Origin: a virus
Taxonomy: Duplodnaviria > Caudoviricetes
DNA length: 40,804 nucleotides
Strand: one strand, 5' to 3'
Virus record (IMG/VR): IMGVR_UViG_3300037419_001256
Coordinates: 1 to 40,804 of that record
Shown here: positions 8,821 to 16,689 of the stretch, one piece after another
Layout: each line of letters opens with the position of its first letter
Numbering within the stretch: position 1 is the first letter of the stretch
The notes under the pieces: model-generated
What the model was told of the DNA's origin: nothing
Seen by the model: only the letters and a program-made list of their open reading frames with translations
Databases searched by the model: none
Translations under genes and position numbers: made by a program

Positions 8821-8999
8821 GTAAGGGCAATCTTGTGATGACGTGCGATGCTGTCACCTGTTTCGTCGGCCCGTCCGCTATGCTCGGACGCTCCCCCCTC
8901 CCACTTGCGGGCGGGCCGCATTTCCAACGGAACGAACGGGAAGTCGCCGTAGATGGCGATGGGTGCCTTGAGCAGTTTGCTTAGAATCCCCCCAGCCAC
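8817..8999 (-). CDS. Hypothetical protein (60 aa)
   Basis: Fills the gap between the GIY-YIG gene and the cII-like gene; ATGA-coupled. Confidence 0.35.
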   Translation of the reverse strand: MAGGILSKLLKAPIAIYGDFPFVPLEMRPARKWEGGASEHSGRADETGDSIARHHKIALT

Positions 9000-9002
9000 G
9001 GC

Positions 9003-9614
9003 CTATGGCGCTCCGGTGAGGAGGATGGGGCGCGCGTTAGTGCCCGCCCCGACGCGGCTAGGGGCTACCGCGCTGTTGAGCTTTTCCATCCATTTGCTGC
9101 GGGCTAGCTCGGCCCACGGCGCATCAATTGGCTTGCCGTGAATATGCGGTTCGGCGAGATAGGCGTCCGCCTCGGCTTCGCGACCGGATTGGACTATGCG
9201 GTACGCGTCTCCGGCGAAGCTCCATCCCGAGCGTCGGCTGAGGTTTGCCACGCGAAGCGAGTAGCTTTGCTGTTTGCGGCTTTCCGGCGTGCCTCTGTAT
9301 GTCTTGCCCTTTTCGAGCGGAGAGCCGTTCGCTACCGGCAGCGTCGCAATGTCAAACGTTCCGGCGCGAATGGCCTCGATGGTGTCTTGCAAGTCTTGCG
9401 ACCAGTAGAACCATTCATAAGCCTTGTGCGTCTCCAGGAAGCGCTGGTGAAAGCGGCGCTCGATATCGTGGCCGCCGTCGATCTCCGCGATGATCTCCAG
9501 CGGAAGCGGCGACCATGCCTGAAGTCCGTTCTTCCTGCCGGTCGGGGAAAAGGAGCATCCGATCTTGATCGGTCCCCGCATCCCAACCGCTTTGATGAAA
9601 TAGACGCGCTTCAT
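9003..9614 (-). CDS. GIY-YIG (T5orf172/MUG113-type) domain protein
   Basis: VYFI...IKIG.S..P..R...LQ...E...H..F......EWF. Confidence 0.8.
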   Translation of the reverse strand: MKRVYFIKAVGMRGPIKIGCSFSPTGRKNGLQAWSPLPLEIIAEIDGGHDIERRFHQRFLETHKAYEWFYWSQDLQDTIEAIRAGTFDIATLPVANGSPLEKGKTYRGTPESRKQQSYSLRVANLSRRSGWSFAGDAYRIVQSGREAEADAYLAEPHIHGKPIDAPWAELARSKWMEKLNSAVAPSRVGAGTNARPILLTGAP

Positions 9615-9805
9615 GCTGCCAAACCGAAAAAATCGTTGGCGGTAACTTTCCCGTCAGTTGCCTCGATGATCTTCTCCATCACCGAGGATTCAGGGACGCG
9701 GCCTTCGCTGACGTAACGTGTGACAGTGATGTGCTTCACGCCGATCCGGCGCGCGAACTCTGCCCGAGTGGTGCCGGTTTCAGCGAGATAGTCTTGAAGG
9801 CGCAT
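9611..9805 (-). CDS. cro: Cro-like repressor
   Basis: MRLQDYLAETGTTRAEFARRIGVKHITVTRYVSEGRVP...TDGKVTANDF; divergent from the cI-like gene. Confidence 0.85.
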   Translation of the reverse strand: MRLQDYLAETGTTRAEFARRIGVKHITVTRYVSEGRVPESSVMEKIIEATDGKVTANDFFGLAA

Positions 9806-9824
9806 ATGCACCTCATAGGTGTAT
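9806..9824. promoter_or_regulatory. Repressor operator OR, overlapping the cro promoter (TTGAAA-17-TATGAG, leaderless ATG)
   Basis: Palindrome ATGCACC-TCATA-GGTGTAT; identical half-sites recur at 10658-10676. Confidence 0.75.
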
Positions 9825-9855
9825 TTCGCAACGCTTTCAAGGGGATTTTTCGCGC

Positions 9856-10368
9856 GTGGAGTGTATAGCCTCTTCCGGGTTTCTCACCCAACACGCTGCC
9901 ATGCTGGCAAAGCAGGTGGGCGCAAACATCAAGGCAGCCAGAAAGGCGAAAGCGGGCGGTAAGGGCTGGTCGCTGCAAAAGGTTGCGGCCAAGATCGAGC
10001 CTAAACCAACGACGTACCAGCACCTCGCGAGACTGGAAGCCGGGAAGGCGCTTACCCTGGAGTGGGTCGAGAAGATCGCGAAGGCGTTAGGCGTGGACCC
10101 GATCGACCTGATCGCCGGCCCGCGGAAACCTACCGAGACTCTTCCTCAGCTGAGTGAACAAGTCGCAAGTGAGGTCGTTGCCCGAACGCTGGCGGTTGTG
10201 GCGCTGAAGGATCCCGATCCTGACGAGAACATTGTTCAAGATATTGCTCTAGCGCTGCAAGAGATGCTTCGGACGTTTGCAAGGCGCCCTGAAGCAGCGA
10301 GCGACGCGTCTCTGGCGCAGATTGCAGCAGATGTCGTAGGCAGTCGATACGGCCCCGCAGCGAGCTAG
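9856..10368 (+). CDS. cI: CI-like immunity repressor (XRE HTH, no S24 peptidase domain; start may be 9901)
   Basis: IKAARKAK...WSLQKVAAKI...TTYQHLARLEAG...EKIAKALGV HTH; divergent from cro. Confidence 0.75.
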   Translation: MECIASSGFLTQHAAMLAKQVGANIKAARKAKAGGKGWSLQKVAAKIEPKPTTYQHLARLEAGKALTLEWVEKIAKALGVDPIDLIAGPRKPTETLPQLSEQVASEVVARTLAVVALKDPDPDENIVQDIALALQEMLRTFARRPEAASDASLAQIAADVVGSRYGPAAS

Positions 10369-10531
10369 CCAGCCTTAACTGCCATTCCCGAACCTTACAG
10401 GTGCCAGGATCGGGTGCCAGAGATACACTTGTCCGCATTGATCGGTCCCCAAGCGCTTCGATCTCCTCCGAGCTCAGGATCCGAACGCGAATTAGCGACT
10501 GTATGTCAGTCGAGACTGGTTGCAAGCGCAT
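10130..10531 (-). CDS. Putative SOS-regulated antirepressor, antisense to cI (133 aa)
   Basis: ATG with AAGAGA upstream and a LexA box 38 nt upstream; helical core; RPHLRLVH near the C-terminus. Confidence 0.5.
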   Translation of the reverse strand: MRLQPVSTDIQSLIRVRILSSEEIEALGDRSMRTSVSLAPDPGTCKVREWQLRLASSLRGRIDCLRHLLQSAPETRRSLLQGALQTSEASLAALEQYLEQCSRQDRDPSAPQPPAFGQRPHLRLVHSAEEESR

Positions 10532-10568
10532 ATATCTCTTGTGAATCGGATTAACGGGGAATGAGCGT

Positions 10569-10583
10569 GTTCTACGTTTGTTC
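10569..10583. promoter_or_regulatory. Alphaproteobacterial LexA (SOS) box
   Basis: GTTC-TACGTTT-GTTC (GAACAAACGTAGAAC on the minus strand), in an intergenic promoter region. Confidence 0.75.
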
Positions 10584-10651
10584 CAGCTAGCCTCCTACAG
10601 CGCAAGATTTCCCCCGAAAATATTTTTTCGCCTGTAACGTGCATTTTATAG

Positions 10652-10679
10652 TTGCACATGCACCGCTGAGGTGTATAGT
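10652..10679 (+). promoter_or_regulatory. Early promoter PL with operator OL
   Basis: TTGCAC-16 bp-TATAGT with the palindrome ATGCACC-GCTGA-GGTGTAT (10658-10676) across the spacer. Confidence 0.75.
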
Positions 10680-10717
10680 CCATCCTCAACAGGCCATCAG
10701 CCTTTGGAGAGGATGCA

Positions 10718-11005
10718 GTGGAACAACAGGGTCAGGGTCAGGGCGCGTCCGCTAGCGCGGAAACCGGCTCTCATGCTTCGCACGAAGCCCCTCTAGGTCT
10801 TCGCCCTTCGGGTTTCGATCCGGCGCGCATTCGCCAACTGGCGGAAAAGATTGACCGAGTAGGAATAAGCACGGCGGATGCTTTTGTGCGCGGTGCCTAC
10901 ACGGGGAGGCCTGAGCGTCACACCCTAGAAGTCACGTTCTACTGTCTCTCGGTGGCAGATGCTCTCCGCGCCCGCGCGGTTGAGCTTGCGGAGCAGTCGG
11001 CATGA
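10718..11005 (+). CDS. Hypothetical protein; N-terminus encoded by repeat L1
   Basis: First ORF after PL; GGAGAGGA RBS; ATGA-coupled downstream. Confidence 0.6.
   Translation: MEQQGQGQGASASAETGSHASHEAPLGLRPSGFDPARIRQLAEKIDRVGISTADAFVRGAYTGRPERHTLEVTFYCLSVADALRARAVELAEQSA
10741..10821 (-). repeat. Four-way-junction element L1
   Basis: Minus strand: CCGGATC GAA A [CCC GAA GGG] [CGAAGAC..GGCTTCG] [TGC GAA GCA] T GA GAGCCGG, hairpin, CGCCC. Confidence 0.85.
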
Positions 11006-11181
11006 CCAAGCCCCATTCCCCCCAAATCAACGACGGAATGGACGTTCTCGTGATGCTCCAGCGCATCCGGCGCGCCTTTCCTCGGCTCACCTCCGAAATG
11101 GACTTGCTCGTTGATCTGGTCAGCGATGGCGACGTGTCCCTCGCGCTCGACGCGGCAATCGCAAAGGAGCGCGCAAGATGA
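11002..11181 (+). CDS. Hypothetical protein (59 aa)
   Basis: Manual translation MTKPHSPQINDGMDVLVMLQRIRRAFP...; ATGA-coupled on both sides. Confidence 0.55.
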   Translation: MTKPHSPQINDGMDVLVMLQRIRRAFPRLTSEMDLLVDLVSDGDVSLALDAAIAKERAR

Positions 11182-11351
11182 CATCTCTCGCTGAATCACG
11201 CTTTCTGCTGATTGGAGCAGTGTTGGGATTGGCCGTGGTCGGGGCGAATGCCGCGCTCCGCACGGCACCGCGCCACTCGTGCTCCGCACCGAACCACTCT
11301 TCGGTGTTTCGGCCATTCGGCGAGTGTCGCATTTCGCGGGAGCGGCCATGA
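11178..11351 (+). CDS. Small hydrophobic protein (57 aa), C-terminal half encoded by repeat L2
   Basis: AAGGAG RBS; ATGA-coupled on both sides. Confidence 0.45.
   Translation: MTSLAESRFLLIGAVLGLAVVGANAALRTAPRHSCSAPNHSSVFRPFGECRISRERP
11242..11329 (-). repeat. Four-way-junction element L2
   Basis: Plus strand GGGCG..CCGCGCCACTC GTGCTCCGCAC CGAACC..GTTTCGG CCATTCGG CGAGTGTCG. Confidence 0.85.
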
Positions 11352-11830
11352 CCGCCGTCGCCAAACCCAGATGCGCCATGTGCGGGGGCACCCCGTTCAG
11401 CGTTTCGATGGACCCCAATGCGCCGCTGTTCTGCTCCCTGGAATGCGAGGGCAACTGGCGGAGACAGCAACGCGAAGGATCGTATCTCGCGGCGCTGAAC
11501 CTGACGCCCAAAGCTACTTACGAAGCGTGGGGCGACTTGGACCTTGGCGCTCCAGAGGAGGCGTGGGCCTGCGCGGTTGACCGTTTCCGCGAGGAGGCGC
11601 GCATCAACTCGCAATGCGCCGAGCAACAACGCAAGCTGGCTAAGGACGCGGCGGAGCAAGCCGAACGCCACGCCCGCCGCGCCGAGGACTTCGCCAAGCT
11701 CGCTGACGCAATAGAGCGAGCACCAATCACATTCGCCGCGTCAGCCGACACTCACCCGAAGGGCGGAGACGTGCAACAGGCTCCGCTCGTGAGTGGCGCG
11801 GTCCCCGAAGGGGAGACGCCCAATGCGTAA
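11348..11830 (+). CDS. Zn-finger plus coiled-coil hypothetical protein; C-terminus encoded by repeat R1
   Basis: CAMC...FCSLEC; GGAG RBS. Confidence 0.6.
   Translation: MTAVAKPRCAMCGGTPFSVSMDPNAPLFCSLECEGNWRRQQREGSYLAALNLTPKATYEAWGDLDLGAPEEAWACAVDRFREEARINSQCAEQQRKLAKDAAEQAERHARRAEDFAKLADAIERAPITFAASADTHPKGGDVQQAPLVSGAVPEGETPNA
11743..11821 (+). repeat. Four-way-junction element R1
   Basis: AGCCGACACTCA CCCGAAGGG CGGAGAC..GGCTCCG CTCG TGAGTGGCGCGG TCCCCGAAGGGGA GACGCCC. Confidence 0.85.
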
Positions 11831-12035
11831 GCTTTATTTCACAGTCCTCGGCCCAATCCCCAACGGCTTCTGCATCATCGCAGCATATCCAACATATGAT
11901 GAAGCCTACCGCCTTACCCTAACAAACCAATCATATTTCATGGGTGAGCCATTAACCCAGGAGGAAGCGGAACAGCGGGGGCTGATTACGCTCGCCGAGG
12001 TTGAGCACCTTGGGCCCGGAAAGATCGCAGCATGA
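11823..12035 (+). CDS. Hypothetical protein (70 aa)
   Basis: ATG right after R1; ATGA-coupled to the MTase gene. Confidence 0.55.
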   Translation: MRKLYFTVLGPIPNGFCIIAAYPTYDEAYRLTLTNQSYFMGEPLTQEEAEQRGLITLAEVEHLGPGKIAA

Positions 12036-12760
12036 CGTTGCGCGTCCTCTCCCTGTTCGCCGGAATAGGCGGCTTTGACCTTGGCCTGGAGCGGACTGGC
12101 GGCTTTCAGACGATCGCCTTCAGCGAGATCGACAAGCACTCCTGCAAGGTTCTCAAGCGCCACTGGCCGCATGTTCCGAACCTCGGCGACGTAACCACAA
12201 CGGAGTTCCCGAATGCCGAAGTCATCTGTGCCGGCTTTCCATGTCAGGACATCAGCCTTGCTGGCAAAGGCGCCGGACTTGCCGGAGCCCGTTCAGGACT
12301 CTGGCGGGAGGTGGTGCGAGCCATTCGCGTGGTACGACCACTCTACGCGCTGCTGGAGAACGTGGCAGCGCTGCTTGGACGGGGAATGGGCCGAGTTCTC
12401 GGAGACCTGGCCGAGGAGCGGTATGACGCGGAGTGGGATTGCATACCAGCGTTCGCAGTTGGCGCGCTGCACTATCGGGACCGGACGTGGATCATCGGTT
12501 ATCCCGACACCAACGGCGTGCGACCACAAAGGCTCAGGCCGTCTCCGACTGGAACGTGGTGCAAACAACAATTTGAGGGACTGGTTCAAGATCAAGTTCG
12601 GCTTTCTCTACCCGCCGGTCGCCGCAGTGGAATATCTGATGGGGTATCCGACAGGATGGGCCAGCTCAAAGCCTACGGAAACGCCGTAGTCCCGCAGATA
12701 CCCGAACTCATCGGCCGCGCAATCCTCGCATCGCTTGCCGAGCAGAAAGATGCAGCATGA
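12032..12760 (+). CDS. DNA cytosine-C5 methyltransferase, alpha subunit (motifs I-VIII and X)
   Basis: SLFAGIGG (I), GFPCQDIS (IV), ENV (VI), YRDR (VIII), AYGNAV (X); motif IX absent. Confidence 0.92.
   Translation: MTLRVLSLFAGIGGFDLGLERTGGFQTIAFSEIDKHSCKVLKRHWPHVPNLGDVTTTEFPNAEVICAGFPCQDISLAGKGAGLAGARSGLWREVVRAIRVVRPLYALLENVAALLGRGMGRVLGDLAEERYDAEWDCIPAFAVGALHYRDRTWIIGYPDTNGVRPQRLRPSPTGTWCKQQFEGLVQDQVRLSLPAGRRSGISDGVSDRMGQLKAYGNAVVPQIPELIGRAILASLAEQKDAA
12213..12689 (+). CDS. Nested +1-frame C5 MTase beta subunit (motif IX)
   Basis: Own GGAG RBS 7 nt upstream; C-terminal PVAAVEYLMGYPTGW resembles motif IX; PTP.A.D.KG segment. Confidence 0.72.
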   Translation: MPKSSVPAFHVRTSALLAKAPDLPEPVQDSGGRWCEPFAWYDHSTRCWRTWQRCLDGEWAEFSETWPRSGMTRSGIAYQRSQLARCTIGTGRGSSVIPTPTACDHKGSGRLRLERGANNNLRDWFKIKFGFLYPPVAAVEYLMGYPTGWASSKPTETP

Positions 12761-12981
12761 AGCCGATCGATAATCTTCGCGCACGGGCATTTCTAGCGCT
12801 CAATGATGACTTGCTCGAAGGAAGAGGATTCGGGCGGACAGAGGCTTTGCGGCATCTTGTGGGCGAATCCCTTCGGGACCGTGGCTCTCGTGCTTCGCAT
12901 GGAGCCCTTCGGTCTCCACCATCCGGCTTCGATCCACTTTCGCAAGTTTCCTCGCAGGAGAAGGAGGCTGGGGCCCAATAA
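12757..12981 (+). CDS. Hypothetical protein containing repeat L3
   Basis: ATGA-coupled to the MTase gene. Confidence 0.45.
   Translation: MKPIDNLRARAFLALNDDLLEGRGFGRTEALRHLVGESLRDRGSRASHGALRSPPSGFDPLSQVSSQEKEAGAQ
12861..12935 (-). repeat. Four-way-junction element L3
   Basis: Plus strand GGGCGAA TCCCTTCGGGA CCGTGGCTCTCG TGCTTCGCA TGGAGCC..GTCTCCA CCATCCGG CTTCGATCC. Confidence 0.85.
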
Positions 12982-12999
12982 GCTCCAGCCAGCAATCGC

Positions 13000-13770
13000 A
13001 TGGCAACCAAAGTCCAGCTGCAGACAGTCGGGCAAATCATTGACGAGAAGGACCGCGAAAACGCGATCATCAACGTCATTGCCCGCGCCGCATCAGACCC
13101 AAACACGGACGTTGACAAGCTGGAGCGCCTTCTGGCGATGCAGGAGCGGGTTCTTGAGCGCGAGGCAGAGCGGACCTTCAACGTCGCAATGCGCGGGGCT
13201 CAGGACGCCATCAAGCCAGTCCTGAAGAACAGGAAGAACAAGGAGACGCATTCGAGCTATGCGGACCTGGAGCAGATCAGCAAGCTCATCGATCCAGTCA
13301 TCCACGAGCAAGGCTTCTCGCTCTCATTCGGGACCGCCGACTGCCCGTATCCGAACCACTACCGCGTGACGTGCGCCGTGTCCCACACCGGAGGTTTTAC
13401 CCGCAACTACCAGGCGGACGTGCCGATCGACAACAAGGGGCCAAAGGGCGCGCAGAACAAGACCGACACCCACGGCTTCGGCTCAGCCCTCAGCTACGGG
13501 CGCCGCTATCTCAAGCTCCTGATCTTCGACATTGCCACGACCGACGATGACGGCCGCGCAGCCGGAAACGGAGGGCCAATCAACGAGGAACAGGTGAAGG
13601 TGCTGAACGGGCTGGCGGACGCGGTGAACGCCGACAAGGCCAAGCTCTGCGAATACCTGAAGATCGCCTCGCTGCCCGAGCTCCCGGCGCTCAAATACAA
13701 CGACACGATCCATCTGCTCGAACAGAAGAACCCGAAGGCTGCCCGCGACTATCTGACGGGAGGCCGCTGA
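13000..13770 (+). CDS. erf: ERF-family single-strand annealing recombinase
   Basis: DVDKLERLL, YADLE, GFSLSF, GSALSYGRRY...DDDG motifs. Confidence 0.9.
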   Translation: MATKVQLQTVGQIIDEKDRENAIINVIARAASDPNTDVDKLERLLAMQERVLEREAERTFNVAMRGAQDAIKPVLKNRKNKETHSSYADLEQISKLIDPVIHEQGFSLSFGTADCPYPNHYRVTCAVSHTGGFTRNYQADVPIDNKGPKGAQNKTDTHGFGSALSYGRRYLKLLIFDIATTDDDGRAAGNGGPINEEQVKVLNGLADAVNADKAKLCEYLKIASLPELPALKYNDTIHLLEQKNPKAARDYLTGGR

Positions 13771-14423
13771 TGGAGATTTTCAACTGCGAGCAGGGTTCCG
13801 AGGAATGGTTTCGCGCTCGGCTCGGCATCCCCACTGCTTCCGAGTTTCACACCGTCATGGCGAAGGGCCGCGACGGCGGGGACAGCAAGACACGCCGCGC
13901 CTACATGCTCAAGCTGGCTGGCGAAGTGCTGACCGGGGAACTGATGGACAGCTTCTCGAACGGCCACACGGAGCGCGGCAAGGAATACGAGCCGGACGCC
14001 CGGAACCTCTACGCCTTCATGAAGGACTGCGAGCCGCAACTGGTCGGCTTCATCCGCAACGGCCCAAAGGGTTGCAGTCCGGACTCGCTGATCGATGAAA
14101 ACGGCATGGTCGAGATCAAGACCAAGCTGCCACATATCCAGGTCGATTGCCTGCTCAGCAACAGGCTTCCGCCCGAGCACAGGGCGCAATGCCAGGGCGC
14201 CCTATGGGTCGCGGAGCGCGAGTGGATCGACTTCGTATCCTACTGGCCGAGGCTCCCGCTGTTCGTGATCCGCGAATACCGGGACGAGGAATACATCGCC
14301 AAGCTCGCTGCGGCGGTGGACGCCTTCAACGACGAACTGGCCGAGGCCGTGGAGCGCATCCGCTCCATGACTGACGGATCACATCTTCGCGAAGAACTCA
14401 GGCAATCACTGGAGGCAGCATAA
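13770..14423 (+). CDS. Lambda exonuclease/YqaJ-family 5'-3' exonuclease
   Basis: QGSEEWFRARLGIPTAS, GCSPD, VEIK, AQCQGALWV. Confidence 0.92.
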   Translation: MEIFNCEQGSEEWFRARLGIPTASEFHTVMAKGRDGGDSKTRRAYMLKLAGEVLTGELMDSFSNGHTERGKEYEPDARNLYAFMKDCEPQLVGFIRNGPKGCSPDSLIDENGMVEIKTKLPHIQVDCLLSNRLPPEHRAQCQGALWVAEREWIDFVSYWPRLPLFVIREYRDEEYIAKLAAAVDAFNDELAEAVERIRSMTDGSHLREELRQSLEAA

Positions 14424-14822
14424 ATGGCATCGCTCAACAAGGTAACGCTGATCGGGAACCTCGGGGCAGACCCGGAAGCCCGCTCACTCAACAACGGAGG
14501 GGATGTCGTAAACCTTCGCCTCGCCACGACCGACACATGGAAGGACCGCGACGGTAACAAGCAGGAGCGGACTGAGTGGCATCAGGTCGTGATCTTCAAC
14601 GAGAACCTGTGCAAGGTGGCCAAGTCCTACCTCCGCAAGGGCTCCAAATGCTACATCGAAGGCGCGCTGCAAACGCGCAAGTGGCAGGACCAGGGCGGTA
14701 ACGACCGCTACTCAACCGAGGTCGTTCTTCAGAAGTATCACGGCGAGCTGATCCTGCTCGACGCCAAGGGCGGCAATTCAGCGCCAGCGCGCGAGCGCGA
14801 GACGGGAGATGTTCCCTTCTGA
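14424..14822 (+). CDS. ssb: Single-stranded DNA-binding protein
   Basis: NKVTLIGNLGADPE...TEWH...YIEGALQTRKW, C-terminal DVPF; alphaproteobacterial type. Confidence 0.97.
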   Translation: MASLNKVTLIGNLGADPEARSLNNGGDVVNLRLATTDTWKDRDGNKQERTEWHQVVIFNENLCKVAKSYLRKGSKCYIEGALQTRKWQDQGGNDRYSTEVVLQKYHGELILLDAKGGNSAPARERETGDVPF

Positions 14823-15157
14823 TGCTCCCCGGCCGCATCAATTCCCGCGACTTGCGCGGCAAGCCGAAGATCCGTTCGGACGCGCATCGGAAATGGATTC
14901 GCTCTCATTTCTGCTGCGTTCCAGGCTGCCAGCAAATGCCGATTGACTGCGCGCATGTCTCAATCCCCGGCAATCGGGGTGTCGGGATCAAGGCGTCGGA
15001 CGCCTACACCATCTCGCTCTGCCATCCGCATCACATGGAGCAGCACCAGGGCTCGGAAACATTCGAGCGCAAATACAAGATCAGCATGGTCGCACTGGCG
15101 CGGGAGTTCTTCGAACGATCCCCGCACCGGCACAAGCTGGACAACCCCTATGCCTGA
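14822..15157 (+). CDS. DUF968/HNH-like Zn nuclease
   Basis: H..WIRS..CCVPGC....CAH...K..D...I.LC..HH.EQH. Confidence 0.75.
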   Translation: MLPGRINSRDLRGKPKIRSDAHRKWIRSHFCCVPGCQQMPIDCAHVSIPGNRGVGIKASDAYTISLCHPHHMEQHQGSETFERKYKISMVALAREFFERSPHRHKLDNPYA

Positions 15158-15605
15158 CAAGGAGCCTATCCTTTACCGTCCCGTGTTCGGCGGGATGCGC
15201 CCGACAACGCCCGCGGCGCAGGAGCAGTTCGCGGGGCTGGACCCTAAGCGGTCATACCGCGTGGACATCAAGGGGATCAGGGGAAACACTCGTCGCCTGG
15301 CGCTCTACTGGATATGCCTCAAGCTCGGCTGCGAGCAGCTTTCCGATGCGGTGGACGGCAAGATGTCGCCGCGCATCCTTCATCGCTACCTCAAGCGCCG
15401 CTGCGGGCTTTCCTCGCCGATCATCAGCAAGAAAACAGGCGAGATCATCGATTGGGATGATGAGTCCATAGCGTTCGAGAACATGCCCGAGAACGAGCGG
15501 GCGGCATACATCGATGACGCGCTTGCCAAGCTGTCCGAATGGATCGGCTGCGATGTCACCACCCTGCGCTCTGAGGCGCAAGCTCAATTCGGAGAGGCAG
15601 CATGA
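15150..15605 (+). CDS. DUF1367/NinB-like protein
   Basis: R.N.....YW and SIAF..M...E...Y pattern; start ATG 15150. Confidence 0.6.
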   Translation: MPDKEPILYRPVFGGMRPTTPAAQEQFAGLDPKRSYRVDIKGIRGNTRRLALYWICLKLGCEQLSDAVDGKMSPRILHRYLKRRCGLSSPIISKKTGEIIDWDDESIAFENMPENERAAYIDDALAKLSEWIGCDVTTLRSEAQAQFGEAA

Positions 15606-15844
15606 GCATGAGTTTCTTCACCCGCGCCAGCAACGGCGATCTCGTCGTGGCGAGCTACACTGGCCGCAAAAGCCACTGCTGGATTTGGTCTGTGTCGCTC
15701 AGTCGAGAACTGTTTGGCGCGCAGATCACACCCAAAGAGAGGCGGCGCGGGCAATGGCATCACTATTTCCCGCTGTTCGGGCGAACACTCATCATCAGCC
15801 GCCAGGATTACCACCGTGATCCTCGGCACCGGAGGGCAGCATGA
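15602..15844 (+). CDS. Hypothetical protein (80 aa)
   Basis: GAGG RBS; ATGA-coupled on both sides. Confidence 0.6.
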   Translation: MSMSFFTRASNGDLVVASYTGRKSHCWIWSVSLSRELFGAQITPKERRRGQWHHYFPLFGRTLIISRQDYHRDPRHRRAA

Positions 15845-16050
15845 AAACCGTAACCACCGTCACGGAACGGAAAGCAACGATAAGACCCATGTTCGTATCT
15901 AGAGTAGTTAAACCTCCTTTAGCTGTAGGACATCGCCAATGGCTTTCGGGCGATTGGCTTCGCCACCGCGCCACTCGTGAACCGAGCCTAAAGTCTCGGC
16001 CCTTCGGGCGAGTGTCGGCTATCGCGGGGGGCGCGCGTGGCATACGCTGA
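15841..16050 (+). CDS. Hypothetical protein containing repeat L4
   Basis: GGAGG RBS; ATGA-coupled. Confidence 0.45.
   Translation: MKTVTTVTERKATIRPMFVSRVVKPPLAVGHRQWLSGDWLRHRATREPSLKSRPFGRVSAIAGGARGIR
15948..16020 (-). repeat. Four-way-junction element L4
   Basis: Plus strand GGGCGAT TGGCTTCGCCA CCGCGCCACTCGTGAA CCGAGCC..GTCTCGG CCCTTCGGG CGAGTGTCGGCT. Confidence 0.88.
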
Positions 16051-16444
16051 ACGAACTGTCGTCACCGTCGAGGAAAGCATCCTCGAAATCCGCAAGACGG
16101 TCGCTCGCTACAAGGGTGAGCAGTTCGTCTTTGGCGTGGCCGAGGACAAGGTTGTTGTCGGCTTTACGAAGGAGGGGCGGCAAGTCCGCTTCACCGTCCG
16201 CCAAGACCCCGACCAGCCGCAGAAGAACAAACAGCTCTGTCGCGCCCTTCTGCTCGTCCTGAAGGCCAAGCTGGAGGCGGTTGAAAGCGGAGTGGCCGTG
16301 TTTGAGGACGAGTTCCTAGCGAACATCGTTCTTCCGACCGGAAAACTCGTCAGTCAGGAGGTCCGGCCCCGTCTGGCGACGGCATATGAAACCGGCGAAG
16401 CGCCCGCTCTCTTGCCCGACTACACCGAAAGGACCGGAGCATGA
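16037..16444 (+). CDS. Conserved-looking phage hypothetical protein (135 aa)
   Basis: YAERT.V....S..EI and RALLLVLKAKLEAVESG...FEDEFLA.IVLP motifs. Confidence 0.7.
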   Translation: MAYAERTVVTVEESILEIRKTVARYKGEQFVFGVAEDKVVVGFTKEGRQVRFTVRQDPDQPQKNKQLCRALLLVLKAKLEAVESGVAVFEDEFLANIVLPTGKLVSQEVRPRLATAYETGEAPALLPDYTERTGA

Positions 16445-16689
16445 GTCCAGACGGCGCCATTGTCGATTACATTTACGAATGGGCGTGGCGCACCGCCGTT
16501 CCCGGCGAAACGTCAACCGAGACGTTCAAGCGGGCAATCGAGCGCGGCTTGAGAGAGGGCAGGAAGTCAGCGTCAGCCGACACTCGCCCGGAGGGCGAAG
16601 ACGCAACGAAGATTGCGGCTGAGTTCACGAGTGGCGCGGTCCCGAACGAAGATTCGGGAGACGCCCGAACACCGGAGGGGGATCGATGA
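16441..16689 (+). CDS. Hypothetical protein; C-terminus encoded by repeat R2
   Basis: ATGA-coupled. Confidence 0.55.
   Translation: MSPDGAIVDYIYEWAWRTAVPGETSTETFKRAIERGLREGRKSASADTRPEGEDATKIAAEFTSGAVPNEDSGDARTPEGDR
16575..16666 (+). repeat. Four-way-junction element R2
   Basis: AGCCGACACTCG CCCGGAGGG CGAAGAC..GGCTGA GTTCACGAGTGGCGCGG, hairpin, GACGCCC; inverted partner of L4. Confidence 0.88.
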
